Assembly (NCBI GenBank): GCA_050246755.1
Contig: JBFWVL010000001.1
Span: 32,001 to 96,000, forward strand
Direction of reading: 5' to 3'
Origin: Bacteriovoracia bacterium
GTDB lineage: Bacteria > Bdellovibrionota > UBA1018 > CAIPTA01
DNA length: 64,000 bases
Position numbers and translations under genes: made by a program. Positions 19,529-29,524 of the stretch are shown in pieces. The first letter of the stretch is position 1. Each line of letters begins with the position of its first letter. The notes under the pieces are model-generated. The model saw only the letters and a list, made by a program, of their open reading frames with translations, did not search any database and was not told the DNA's origin.

Positions 19529-20965
19529 TTAGGTACGGTCGCCTTTATGCTTGAAAGTCCAGCGGATCGGATTGCCGCGGAAACCGTATTTTTCCCGGAC
19601 TACGCGCTTCAGGTAACGACGCAGGGCTTCGGGTACCTTATTCGCATCACGCACGAAGGCGAGAAACTGCGGTGGACGGTTCCCCACTTGGTGCACTTGG
19701 CGGAATTCACCGATGCTATTGCTCCATTTGGGGCCCACATCCAAGGCCTCACTCACGAGCTCCTTTAAATCCTTGGCGTCCACTTTCAGCTCGCGCTGCT
19801 CCACGAGTTCGATGCCGAAACTCCAGAGGCCGTCGATCGTGCGAGGAAGATTCCAGCTAATTTCGGAGTCGGCCGCATCGGTGCCGGCGGCGGCCCCGTA
19901 GAGCTTGCCCTTTTCGGCGGAGATCGCCACGAGCGGAGCGAAATCCAGGAAGGGCCAGTCTTTCTCGATGAGCTCCCGGAATTTTTTTACGCCCTCTTCT
20001 GAATCGGATTTGATTGCGTGGGGCGCCATATCCCACTTGTTCGCGATCACGATCACGGTGCAGCCCGACTCTTCCACGAGCGCGGCGATGCGGGAATCCT
20101 GGCTGGTGATGCCGTCGCTGGCATCGATCATCAGGAAGCAAAGATCGGCCTGATTGAGCACCCGCTGCGCATACATCACGGCGAGGTCTTCCACGTCGTC
20201 TTTGCGCTTGGCTCCGCGGCGGATCCCGGCGGTATCCACCAAAACGATTTTTTTGCCTTCGCGCTCCACCACTACGTCCACGGGATCCGTGGTGGTTCCC
20301 GGCATGGCGCTCGCCACCGAACGCTCTTCGCCCACCAGGTGATTGAGGAAGGTGCTTTTGCCCGCGTTGGGCCGGCCCACGATGCACACGCGGAGCATGC
20401 CTTCGGTGGACTCGGCCGCGGCGTCTTCCTCGGGCAAGAAGCGATTGATCTTCATCCAGAAATCGTGGATGCCCCATTTATGCTCGGCACTCACGGCCAA
20501 CACGTCGTCGGCGCCAAGCTCGTAGAAATCGCCGATCATGTAGGTATTTTTGTCTTCGTCGGATTTATTAGCGGCGATCACAAAGGGCACGCCGAGCTTG
20601 CGGATATAGTTCACGAGGTCGCGATCAAGGTCCGTGAGGCCGATCCGTACGTCCATCACGAGCACGATCACGGCACTTTCTTCGAGCGCCTTCAGCACTT
20701 GTTTCTCGATATTGCCGAGGAGCTCTTGGTCTTCGCGGCCTTTGCGCCAGTTGGCGGGCATCCAGCCGCCGGTATCGCAAATACGCACGTTACGATTATT
20801 GAGAATATCTACGGTCACGTTGCCGAACCGGCGGTCACGAGTAACGCCCTCGAAATCCATTACGATGGCTTGCTTGCGGCCGAGAAGCGCGTTGAAGAGC
20901 GTGCTCTTGCCCACGTTCGGGCGGCCCACCAGCGAGATCATGGTTTTCTTCTTCGTTTCCATCAT
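19529..20965 (-). CDS. der: Ribosome biogenesis GTPase Der (EngA)
   Basis: Tandem G domains (GRPNVGKST and GRPNAGKST), GVTRD, DTAG and a KH-like tail. Confidence 0.95.
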   Translation of the reverse strand: MMETKKKTMISLVGRPNVGKSTLFNALLGRKQAIVMDFEGVTRDRRFGNVTVDILNNRNVRICDTGGWMPANWRKGREDQELLGNIEKQVLKALEESAVIVLVMDVRIGLTDLDRDLVNYIRKLGVPFVIAANKSDEDKNTYMIGDFYELGADDVLAVSAEHKWGIHDFWMKINRFLPEEDAAAESTEGMLRVCIVGRPNAGKSTFLNHLVGEERSVASAMPGTTTDPVDVVVEREGKKIVLVDTAGIRRGAKRKDDVEDLAVMYAQRVLNQADLCFLMIDASDGITSQDSRIAALVEESGCTVIVIANKWDMAPHAIKSDSEEGVKKFRELIEKDWPFLDFAPLVAISAEKGKLYGAAAGTDAADSEISWNLPRTIDGLWSFGIELVEQRELKVDAKDLKELVSEALDVGPKWSNSIGEFRQVHQVGNRPPQFLAFVRDANKVPEALRRYLKRVVREKYGFRGNPIRWTFKHKGDRT

Positions 20966-21924
20966 TGCCCTTCGGGAAGAATATAGCCCAGGCGTTTCAG
21001 CTCGGCGGCGTTCTTCGTCCACTTTGGAGTAACCTTCACGAAAAGGCGAAGTACCACTTTTTGTCCCAGAAATTTTTCAATCGTGCCGCGGGCGCTCTGG
21101 CCGATCTCTTTGATCTTGGCCCCGCCTTTACCGATCACCATCGGCTTTTGCGAATCGCGCTCCACGTGGATCGAAGCGGAAATTTCCGGATACTTGCGCG
21201 ATTCCGTGGGTTCGTCGTATTTTTCGATCTCGACCGCGCAGGAGTACGGAAGCTCTTCGCCGAGCAGGTAAAAAATAGATTCCTGGATCAGCTCGCCCAC
21301 GATCGAGCGCATGCTCTGGTCGGTGATCTCGTCTTCGGGAAAAAGCGCGGGGCCTTTGGGAATTTTTTCCTTCAGCGCCGCCACGAAAACTTCGAGGCCC
21401 TCGCCGTTTTTGGCCGATACGGGAAAAATTCCGGTCACGGGCAAACCCTGGAGACTCTCGGTGAGCTGGGACTGCCCGCCGAAATTCGCCTTGCCGGTTT
21501 CCCAGATATCCATTTTGTTGAGCAGCACGAAGAGCGGACGCGGCTTACGCACCAATGCCTCTTTTAGGCTCTGGAGCAGGAAGTATTCGTCGCTCTCGGG
21601 ATTCTCGGGCTGGAACGGGCGCGCGCCGTCGATGATGTAGACGGCCACGTCCACGCCCTGAAGGGAATCGAGCGCTTCCGACACGCAGAACTCGTTCAGC
21701 TTTTTACCTTCGGGGGCACGGTGCAGCCCGGGGGTGTCCACCAGGATGATCTGGGAGTCTTCGTCGGTGCGGATGCCGCGGAAGCGCTTCCGGGTGGTCT
21801 GGGCTTTGGGAGAAACGGCGGCGATCTTTTCGCCGATCAGGGAATTGAGTAACGTGCTCTTGCCCACGTTGGGCCGGCCAATCAGGGCCACGAAGCCGCA
21901 GCGGAAATCGTTAAGTAAGCTCAT
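20962..21924 (-). CDS. era: GTPase Era
   Basis: GRPNVGKST, QTTR, DTPG, EELPYS and IGKGG KH domain. Confidence 0.97.
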   Translation of the reverse strand: MSLLNDFRCGFVALIGRPNVGKSTLLNSLIGEKIAAVSPKAQTTRKRFRGIRTDEDSQIILVDTPGLHRAPEGKKLNEFCVSEALDSLQGVDVAVYIIDGARPFQPENPESDEYFLLQSLKEALVRKPRPLFVLLNKMDIWETGKANFGGQSQLTESLQGLPVTGIFPVSAKNGEGLEVFVAALKEKIPKGPALFPEDEITDQSMRSIVGELIQESIFYLLGEELPYSCAVEIEKYDEPTESRKYPEISASIHVERDSQKPMVIGKGGAKIKEIGQSARGTIEKFLGQKVVLRLFVKVTPKWTKNAAELKRLGYILPEGQ

Positions 21925-22645
21925 GGCGGCTCGCTTCTTCGCTGGCGCCGCGCAAAGCCTCGAGTAAAAATCTCGCGGCGTTCTGTTCGGCTTCTTTTTT
22001 ATTGCGGCCTTTTCCGTAGCGCTGCAAATCCTCGATGCTCACCATCACCTCGAACATTTTTTCGTGGTCGGGGCCGAGCTCGGAAACTACTTGGTAGGTA
22101 GGCGAGCGGCGGAAACGGGCCTGGCAAAGCTCCTGTAGCTGAGTTTTCGTGTCGCTAAGGCGGCTGAGCATCGCCACTTCCTCGAGGAGCGTGGCAAAAT
22201 GCAGGCGCACGGTTTGGAATACGGCGGCGAGCCCGCCGTCGAGGTAAATCGCGCCGAGCACGGCTTCGTAGCCCGAGGAAAGAATCGAGTCTTTCGCGCG
22301 GCCCTGAGTGCTTTCTTCCCCTTTGCCGAGCATAATATATTCGCCGAGACCGATCTCGCGGGCCACCTGGGCGAGCGTTTCTTCCTTTACGAGGAGGGAG
22401 CGCATTTTTGAGAGGCGGCCTTCATCTACCTGAGGAAATTTTTCCGAAAGAAAATCCGACATCACGAGCCCGAGCACGGCGTCGCCCAGAAATTCTAAAC
22501 GTTCGTTATGGAGAGAGACGAAATCCTCTTTGGAAATGCCCTGGCGGCGGGCTTCATTGGCGTGCGACTTATGGCGCAAAGCGAGGCCCAAGATCTCCGG
22601 ATCTTTGAATTGGTAGGCGAGTTTTGTTTCGAGCTCGGCGGACAA
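21911..22645 (-). CDS. rnc: Ribonuclease III
   Basis: NERLEFLGDAVL signature and dsRBD. Confidence 0.97.
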   Translation of the reverse strand: MSAELETKLAYQFKDPEILGLALRHKSHANEARRQGISKEDFVSLHNERLEFLGDAVLGLVMSDFLSEKFPQVDEGRLSKMRSLLVKEETLAQVAREIGLGEYIMLGKGEESTQGRAKDSILSSGYEAVLGAIYLDGGLAAVFQTVRLHFATLLEEVAMLSRLSDTKTQLQELCQARFRRSPTYQVVSELGPDHEKMFEVMVSIEDLQRYGKGRNKKEAEQNAARFLLEALRGASEEASRHELT

Positions 22646-22841
22646 ATATACCTCGGTGCGTTACTGCTAAAGGCTTGTACTATAGGGGAATTTTTTAATC
22701 AACTAATGAATTCAACTACTTCCGCTAGGCCTGTCTCGGCAGGGAAACAGGGTATCGAAGAGGGTCACCTGAAATCAGGGCTTTAGCGCCCCTCATTAGG
22801 AACAACTTAAAAATAGCCCGTAGTATTAGCGACTTAGGAAT

Positions 22842-22857
22842 TGGGCCCTACCCTGCA
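22842..22857 (+). promoter_or_regulatory. Putative sigma54 promoter upstream of a small ORF
   Basis: TGGGCC-CTACC-CTGCA (GG-N10-GC spacing) with an AT-rich upstream region. Confidence 0.4.
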
Positions 22858-22880
22858 ATTACCCCTGCAGGAGATACGAT

Positions 22881-23015
22881 ATGAAACTCTACTTTTTGAT
22901 GATCCTTACGCTGCTAGTGATCGGACTGAAAATCGGTTCCGATGCCACCGCGAAAGTGGAAAAAATCCAGGCGCATCGCCAGGCGGTGTTTGCGCAAGTG
23001 TTTATGGGCGACTAA
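22881..23015 (+). CDS. 44-aa small membrane/secreted protein (not in the ORF track)
   Basis: AGGAG SD 7 nt upstream; translates to MKLYFLMILTLLVIGLKIGSDATAKVEKIQAHRQAVFAQVFMGD. Confidence 0.6.
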   Translation: MKLYFLMILTLLVIGLKIGSDATAKVEKIQAHRQAVFAQVFMGD

Positions 23016-23165
23016 AGCTGGTCTACTTAATTGTTGTTAGAGGCCTCTAACGATAGGTAGATATTCAAGAATTTCCAAAAACGGTTTCGGATTTATACCA
23101 CGCCGTGAGAAGTGGGCGGATCCACGTGGAAATCTCCCCAAAAACAACAATTAAGTAGGCCAGCT
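23016..23165. mobile_element. MITE-like non-autonomous element sharing IRs with the 16547..17534 IS
   Basis: Ends AGCTGGTCTACTTAATTGTTGTT / AACAACAATTAAGTAGGCCAGCT; 150 bp; no transposase. Confidence 0.75.
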
Positions 23166-23502
23166 AGAGATCGGCCAGAATTCCCATGCGCTTCACTTCC
23201 CGCTCCATGCGCCCCGCACACATGAGGGCAAACATCTGAAGATCGGCGAGTAAGCTCCACACGGGATAACGAAACGTGGCGGGATGATTTTTCTCCACGT
23301 AGAAATGCCCAAGCCAGGCCAGGCCGTAGCCCGTGACCGGAGCGGCCACCAGGAACCACGGGGAAGCCGTCGCGGCGAGGAACAGCCAAAGAAACGTTAA
23401 GCTGGTGCCGAGGAAATGCAGGCGGCGATTCAGGCGGCTGCGGTGCTCATTCACGTAGTAATGCCAGAACGCCTTGTACGTGGAGATGTCCCGATTCGTC
23501 AT
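23164..23502 (-). CDS. DUF962 (Mpo1-like) membrane protein
   Basis: FWHYYVNEH, NRRLHFLG and GHFYVEKNHPATF. Confidence 0.88.
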   Translation of the reverse strand: MTNRDISTYKAFWHYYVNEHRSRLNRRLHFLGTSLTFLWLFLAATASPWFLVAAPVTGYGLAWLGHFYVEKNHPATFRYPVWSLLADLQMFALMCAGRMEREVKRMGILADL

Positions 23503-24065
23503 GTTCCCTCCCTCCGCGATAGATGCGCGCTGCCCTTCCGGTAAAAACGCAAAGGCCAACCCGCCGCCTCTCCCGCATAGTCTACACCAATACGCGGGCC
23601 GGCCCCAATCTCTTCCGCCGCGGGAGCCTGGCCGGCATCTTCAATAAAGATTGTTTCACCGCGAAGGCTTTCCCCGTCGAGCGCCTTGGTGATGCGGAGG
23701 GCTTGGCAGAGCTTGGCCGGACCGTTCGTTTTCTCCAGGATATTTTCGGGCTCGAGGGCCCGGATCAGCACGGCCTCCGGCTCATCCACTCCTTTGGCCA
23801 CCACGTTAAAACAGTAGTGCATGCCGTACACGAAGTAGACATAGGCGTGGCCGCCCTCGAGGTACATCGACTGATTGCGCGCAGTGCGGCGCCCACCGAA
23901 GGTATGGGCCGCTTGGTCTTTGGCGCCGAGGTAGGCCTCGGTTTCCACGATGATGCCGGAGCGCCGTTTGCCCCGCCAAACGCGCACGAGTCGCATGCCG
24001 ATCAGCGCTTTCGCCAGCGGAACGGTCTCCTGGAGGTAGAATTTTTGGGGAAGCTTTTTTGCCAC
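23499..24065 (-). CDS. DNA-3-methyladenine glycosylase (MPG/AAG family)
   Basis: IVETEAY, YVYFVYGMH, AVLIRALEP, NGPAKLCQAL and PRIG. Confidence 0.95.
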   Translation of the reverse strand: MAKKLPQKFYLQETVPLAKALIGMRLVRVWRGKRRSGIIVETEAYLGAKDQAAHTFGGRRTARNQSMYLEGGHAYVYFVYGMHYCFNVVAKGVDEPEAVLIRALEPENILEKTNGPAKLCQALRITKALDGESLRGETIFIEDAGQAPAAEEIGAGPRIGVDYAGEAAGWPLRFYRKGSAHLSRREGT

Positions 24066-24069
24066 CGCG

Positions 24070-24546
24070 CTAGAGGTTCGGGCAGTTTACGCGCTGGCAC
24101 CAGCCGTAGAGCTCGAGCTTATGGTCTTTCAGAGCGAAGCCGAGGCTTTCCGCCACGCGATTCTGCTGCTCTTCGATGGCTTCGTTTTCAAATTCAAAAA
24201 TCTTGCGGCAGCGCATGCAGATCAGGTGATCGTGGTGATGCCCGGCCTGGTGCAATTCGTATACGGAAGTGCGGTCGAGAAAGCGACGCTCCACGGCCAG
24301 GCCCGCCTCCACCAAGCTCGAAATAGTGCGGTACACGGAGGCCAAGCCCACGCCGGTGGCCTTCTTCTTCACGATCCGGAAAAGCTCTTCGGCCGAAAGG
24401 TGGCCACCCGCCCGCACGAACTCCGAAATGATCACTTTACGCTGGTTGGTGAACTTAAGGCTGTGCTGGGCCAAATAAGCCCGGTACGTCTCCATCAGGA
24501 CGTCGAGGTCGGGAGAATTTCCCTTCAGCTTGGCACGTTTGCTCAT
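24070..24546 (-). CDS. fur: Fur-family transcriptional regulator
   Basis: TNQR, HLSAEEL, ASVYRT, HHHDHLICxxC and LYGWC. Confidence 0.9.
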   Translation of the reverse strand: MSKRAKLKGNSPDLDVLMETYRAYLAQHSLKFTNQRKVIISEFVRAGGHLSAEELFRIVKKKATGVGLASVYRTISSLVEAGLAVERRFLDRTSVYELHQAGHHHDHLICMRCRKIFEFENEAIEEQQNRVAESLGFALKDHKLELYGWCQRVNCPNL

Positions 24547-24591
24547 GGGCCAGGCATACCAGAATTTGCCGATTTTTGATATGATCGCGCC

Positions 24592-27500
24592 ATGCAAAAG
24601 GCCAATGAAAGATTCTTTCCCGAGTTCGGCACCGACTATCGCTTCCCCGCCTTCGAGGAGGCGGTACTGGCCTACTGGAAAAACCAGAAGATTTTCGACC
24701 GTGTGCTAAGCACCAAGGACAAAAGAAAATGGTTCGGTTTCTACGACGGACCTCCTTTTGCCACCGGCTTGCCGCACTACGGGCACTTACTCGCCGGCAC
24801 GATCAAAGACATGGTGCCTCGCTATTGGACGATGCGGGGCTACCACGTGGAACGCCGCTTCGGCTGGGATTGCCATGGCCTGCCGGTGGAATTCGAGATG
24901 GAAAAAACGCTGAACCTCAGCGGCTCCCTCGCGATCCGTGCCTACGGCGTAGATAAATTCAACGAAGCCTGCCGCGGAATCGTTCTGCGCTATACCGCCG
25001 ACTGGCGCAAAACCGTGGAACGCATGGGCCGCTGGGCCGACATGGACAATGACTATAAAACCATGAGCCCGGAATTCATGGAGAGCGTCTGGTGGGTATT
25101 CCAGGAGCTCTGGAAAAAAGGATTAATCTATCAGGGAAAAAAAGTGGTGCCTTATTCCTGGCGCCTCACCGCCCCCCTTTCCAATTTCGAGGCCTCGCAA
25201 AATTACAAGAGCGTGCAGGATCCCGCGATCACCGTGCTCTTTCCGCTCGACGAAAATCCCGAAGAGGCACTCGTGGCGTGGACCACCACTCCCTGGACCT
25301 TACCGGCGAACCTGGCGCTCGCCGTGCACAATGATTTTACGTACGTAAAATTCCCCCTGCTCCAGCCCCAGGGCAAAGTGAAATACGCGTGGGTATTGCG
25401 CGAGCGCGCCGGCGATTTCGCCAAAGAACTCGACGTGACCAAGGAAGAGGACGAAAAGCGGGGCCACGATCTTCTAGGAAAAACCTACCAGCCCTTATTT
25501 CCTTTTTATGCCGACCATAAAAAAGCCGGCGCATTCCGCGTGATCCAGGGCGATTTCGTTTCCTCCACCGACGGTACCGGCGTGGTGCACATGGCGCCCG
25601 CATTCGGCGAGGACGACTTCTACGCTTGCCAGCGCGAGAAGATCGAGCTCGTGGATCCCACGAACCTCGAGGGAAATTATACCCGCGAGGTGAACGCGGG
25701 CACCATCCACCTCGAAGGCAAGCACGTGAAGGATCCGGCCACCGATAAAGAAATCATCAAGCTGCTTAAGGACGCCGGCCGCCTGCTCAAGCAAGACACG
25801 CTCCAGCACAATTATCCTTTCTGCGAGCGCTCCGATACTCCCCTCATCTACAAGGCGATCTCTTCCTGGTTCGTGGCGGTGGAAAAAGTAAAGGACCGGA
25901 TGCAGGAGCATAACCGCGACATCCATTGGGTGCCCGGGCATATCCGCGACGGACGCTTCGGCAAATGGCTCGAAAACGCGCGCGACTGGTGCATCTCCCG
26001 CAACCGATTTTGGGGAACGCCGATCCCCGTGTGGACCTGCGGGCACTGCCATCATCAGCACGTGGTGGGATCGCGCAAGGAATTAGACGCCCTGGCCGGA
26101 AAAGAAATGCCCGACCTCCACTCCCACTTCGTGGATAAGGTTGTGGCCGACTGCCCGAAATGCAAAACCAAAGACGGGCTGAAACGCACGCCGGAAGTTT
26201 TGGACTGCTGGTTCGAGTCGGGCTCGATGCCCTACGCGCAAGTGCATTACCCTTTCGAGAACGAAGCGAGCTTCAAGCAGCAGTTTCCCGCCGATTTCAT
26301 CGCCGAAGGCCTCGACCAGACTCGGGGCTGGTTCTATACCCTTACGGTTCTCTCCACCGCGCTCTTCGATAAGCCCGCGTTCAAAAACTGCGTGGTGAAC
26401 GGAATGGTTCTGGCCGAAGACGGAAAGAAAATGTCGAAGCGCCTGAAGAATTATCCGGATCCGATGGATATTCTCCACAAATACGGCGCAGACGCGCTCC
26501 GCCTCTACCTCATGCAGTCGCCCGCGGTACACGGCGAGGAGCTCCGGTTTTCGGAGCGCTTCCTCGTGGAAAACATGCGCGCCGTTCTGCTTCCTCTCTG
26601 GAACGCCTACCAATTCTTCGCGGGCTACGCCAATATCGACGGTTTCAATCCCGGGCACTGGAAAAGTGCTCCGCCCGTGAGTGAGCGCCCGCGCATCGAC
26701 CAATGGATCTTGGCCCTCCTAAAAGAAACCGAGATCGCGGTCCACAAAGAGATGGAAGCCTACCAGCTGGCCAACGTCTTCCCCCATATCTCGCGCTTCC
26801 TCGATAATCTCACGAACTGGTATATCCGACTCAACCGCGCGCGCTACTGGGAAGCCAAGGGCGAGAGCTTTTCGGCCGACAAGCTCTCGGCGTATAGCAC
26901 CGTGTTCGAAATTCTCGACCGCTTCGGGCTTCTGCTCGCACCGTACCTACCCTACTTCGCCGAGTACCTGCACGCGTCCATTCACTACGGCGTATCGCCG
27001 GATAAACTCGTGGGACATAAAGACCTGCCGAGCGTGCACGAGCGCATCTATACTCTTCCGGCGGCCCTCAGCGCCGAAGACCGCGCCCTGATCGCCGAGA
27101 TGGCGGTGGCGCAGCGAACGATTCTGCTGGGCCGCTCGCTGCGCGCCGAGGCCAAAATCGGATTGCGACAGCCGTTGCAGAAGATGAGCCTCGCCGGCTT
27201 GAGCACGGAAGAAATAAAGCACCTGCGCAGCCAGCAAGACCGCGTGCTCTCGGAGCTGAACTTAAAAGAATTGGCTTTCCTCGTTGATGGCACCGCGCTG
27301 GTGGTGGAGAGCGTGAAGCCGAACCTGAAGCGCCTCGGAGCAAAACTCGGCAAGAGAATGCCCGAAGTGACAAATGCCCTAAAAAGCTGGGGCAGCCGGG
27401 AAATCCGGGAATTCGAAAAAACCGGATCCGTCACGATCGCCGGCGCCGAACTCACGCAGGAAGATTTACTGATCGAGCGTAAAGCCGCGGCCGGAAAATG

Positions 27501-27831
27501 CGCGGGCGCGCTGGAAGGCCTAGTGGCCGAGCTGGACACCGCGCTTACGCCCGAGCTGAAGCGAGAGGGCTTGGGGCGCGAGCTGATCAACCGCGTGCAG
27601 CAGCGGCGTAAAGAAATGAAATTCAGCCTCACGGACCGTATCCACGTGCAGTACGCCGCGGGCGGGCTCTGCGCCGAGATTTTGTCGGCGGAGGAGAAGA
27701 AAGCCACGGCCCTCAGCCAGGAAACCCTCGCCACGAAATGGCAGGCCGTAGCGGCGGGCGATCTCGGGGCACAGGAAAAATTCGAAGACCACGGCGATTC
27801 CTGGGTGGCGTTTCGGCTCGAGAAGCAATGA
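24592..27831 (+). CDS. ileS: Isoleucine--tRNA ligase (type 2)
   Basis: DGPPFATGLPHYGH, GWDCHGLP, KMSKR and a long type-2 C-terminus. Confidence 0.97.
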   Translation: MQKANERFFPEFGTDYRFPAFEEAVLAYWKNQKIFDRVLSTKDKRKWFGFYDGPPFATGLPHYGHLLAGTIKDMVPRYWTMRGYHVERRFGWDCHGLPVEFEMEKTLNLSGSLAIRAYGVDKFNEACRGIVLRYTADWRKTVERMGRWADMDNDYKTMSPEFMESVWWVFQELWKKGLIYQGKKVVPYSWRLTAPLSNFEASQNYKSVQDPAITVLFPLDENPEEALVAWTTTPWTLPANLALAVHNDFTYVKFPLLQPQGKVKYAWVLRERAGDFAKELDVTKEEDEKRGHDLLGKTYQPLFPFYADHKKAGAFRVIQGDFVSSTDGTGVVHMAPAFGEDDFYACQREKIELVDPTNLEGNYTREVNAGTIHLEGKHVKDPATDKEIIKLLKDAGRLLKQDTLQHNYPFCERSDTPLIYKAISSWFVAVEKVKDRMQEHNRDIHWVPGHIRDGRFGKWLENARDWCISRNRFWGTPIPVWTCGHCHHQHVVGSRKELDALAGKEMPDLHSHFVDKVVADCPKCKTKDGLKRTPEVLDCWFESGSMPYAQVHYPFENEASFKQQFPADFIAEGLDQTRGWFYTLTVLSTALFDKPAFKNCVVNGMVLAEDGKKMSKRLKNYPDPMDILHKYGADALRLYLMQSPAVHGEELRFSERFLVENMRAVLLPLWNAYQFFAGYANIDGFNPGHWKSAPPVSERPRIDQWILALLKETEIAVHKEMEAYQLANVFPHISRFLDNLTNWYIRLNRARYWEAKGESFSADKLSAYSTVFEILDRFGLLLAPYLPYFAEYLHASIHYGVSPDKLVGHKDLPSVHERIYTLPAALSAEDRALIAEMAVAQRTILLGRSLRAEAKIGLRQPLQKMSLAGLSTEEIKHLRSQQDRVLSELNLKELAFLVDGTALVVESVKPNLKRLGAKLGKRMPEVTNALKSWGSREIREFEKTGSVTIAGAELTQEDLLIERKAAAGKCAGALEGLVAELDTALTPELKREGLGRELINRVQQRRKEMKFSLTDRIHVQYAAGGLCAEILSAEEKKATALSQETLATKWQAVAAGDLGAQEKFEDHGDSWVAFRLEKQ

Positions 27832-28787
27832 TCTGGCTATTTCTATTCTTGCTCGGCACGGATCCCGCGCAAGCTCGCGTGGAAGCCATCCTCTCGGGCT
27901 CCGAGCTCGAAGTGAGCGGGCTCCCGAACGGCTGCGTGCTCCTCGACCGCCTAGCGATTTACGCCCAGGATGGCGAGCAGGAAACCCTCGGCTACGCGGA
28001 GATCACGGGCGAGAGCGGAAAAAAAGGTTTCTGCCGCGCTACCGTAAGAACGCATTCGCGCTCCGCCCTAGTGCGCGTAGGCGATCGCACCGAGCTGCTG
28101 AACTTGCAAAAACGGGACGCCGCCTTGCCCGGCCGCTACGATCTCGTGCTGGAAGATAAGAAAAAAATTGCCGCCCGCTACAAACCTCTCGTCTACGGGG
28201 GATACCTGTTCGGGGAAACCGCTTCCACCCTCGCCGAAGGAGAATTTCTCGTGGGGGCCTCTCCGCTCTTCTACGGAATCACCCATCGCCTGCAGATCGA
28301 GACCAAGCCTTTCCTCGCCTTCGCCAAAATCGCCACGCTGAGCGGAAAATATAAATTCTACGACACGGAAGACCTTACCTTCTCGATCCTCGGCACTGGT
28401 AACCAGCACTTCGACGTGGGAAAGCGCTCGTGGAGCGCCACGCTTTTCTACGATTCCACCTCAAACTCGAGGTCGATGTCACATACCACGATCACCTTCA
28501 ACTCGAAGCTGCCGACTGAAAAGCCGCTCGAGGAGAAAGATAAGCAGAAACGCTTCTCGGCGGAGATCACCTCCACGTATGAATTCGTGTTCAAGCGCTG
28601 GCAACGTTTATTGGTGGGTCCAAAATTTACGGCGGGCGAGAAAAAAGACCTGGGCTTCGTGGCCACCGCCGTATTTCCTTACGAATATTTTCACTGGGCC
28701 GTGAACATGGAACTGAACTCCATCACGCGCTTCCAATTCCGCGAAGGAAAGCAGCTCTTCTCTTTCGATTTTTTCTGGCGCCTCTAG
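27828..28787 (+). CDS. Hypothetical exported / outer-membrane protein
   Basis: Signal peptide and a beta-rich C-terminal half ending FDFFWRL; ATGA overlap with ileS. Confidence 0.65.
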   Translation: MIWLFLFLLGTDPAQARVEAILSGSELEVSGLPNGCVLLDRLAIYAQDGEQETLGYAEITGESGKKGFCRATVRTHSRSALVRVGDRTELLNLQKRDAALPGRYDLVLEDKKKIAARYKPLVYGGYLFGETASTLAEGEFLVGASPLFYGITHRLQIETKPFLAFAKIATLSGKYKFYDTEDLTFSILGTGNQHFDVGKRSWSATLFYDSTSNSRSMSHTTITFNSKLPTEKPLEEKDKQKRFSAEITSTYEFVFKRWQRLLVGPKFTAGEKKDLGFVATAVFPYEYFHWAVNMELNSITRFQFREGKQLFSFDFFWRL

Positions 28788-29524
28788 GAAATCCTAAACG
28801 CACGCACGGCCAGGGGCCACGTCACTTTCTTCGGGTCGTTGCCCCACGCTCCGCGCAGCTCCTCCTCAATCAGTTCCCGCGGGTCACGGCCCTGTTCTTT
28901 TTTGTATTTTGCCAGCGCCGACCAGGTGCCCAGGTAGCCGAGCATTTCGTCTGCCGACCATTCCGCCTGCATCGCAAACGAGGGCGGCGGCAGCTCGGCG
29001 AATGGAAATTTCTCGTGGCGGTAGCCCTCCTCCACTAATTTCCGGCCTTTGTCCCAATAGGAACCAAGAATTTTCTCGTAGAGGTTTTCTACTATCCTGT
29101 TTACCACGGCATTCACGCTCGCGTTGCCGTAGCTCCAGACGACGAGCGCAGCGCCGGGCTTCGCCACGCGCTTTACCTCGGCATAAAATTTGGGCTGATC
29201 AAACCAGTGGAAGGCTTGGGCCACGGTGATGAGAGCCACGGAACCAGCGCTCAGCCCGCTGTCTTCGGCGGTGGCGCAACGATACTCCACCCTCGCGCTC
29301 ACGGTAGCCTCTTTCAGCTGTTTCTCGGAGGGATCGGTGGCAACGACGGCATCGAAGAAACGCGCGAGCTCGACGGCGGCTTGGCCATTACCGGTGCCAG
29401 CGTCCCACGCCAAGGTACGATCCGCCGATAAAGACGCTACGTATTCGTATAGGGCCTCGGGATACGTGGGGCGGTACTTGGCGTAGTCGTTAGCCTGGGA
29501 AGAAAACAAATCCTTAAACTTCAC
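28784..29524 (-). CDS. Class I SAM-dependent methyltransferase
   Basis: YAKYRPTYP, WDAGTGNGQ and AQAFHWFD. Confidence 0.92.
   Translation of the reverse strand: MKFKDLFSSQANDYAKYRPTYPEALYEYVASLSADRTLAWDAGTGNGQAAVELARFFDAVVATDPSEKQLKEATVSARVEYRCATAEDSGLSAGSVALITVAQAFHWFDQPKFYAEVKRVAKPGAALVVWSYGNASVNAVVNRIVENLYEKILGSYWDKGRKLVEEGYRHEKFPFAELPPPSFAMQAEWSADEMLGYLGTWSALAKYKKEQGRDPRELIEEELRGAWGNDPKKVTWPLAVRAFRIS

Noticed and set aside
24547-24591. T-box or attenuator upstream of ileS
   Set aside because: Only 45 bp of intergenic space, with a -10 element directly before the ATG.
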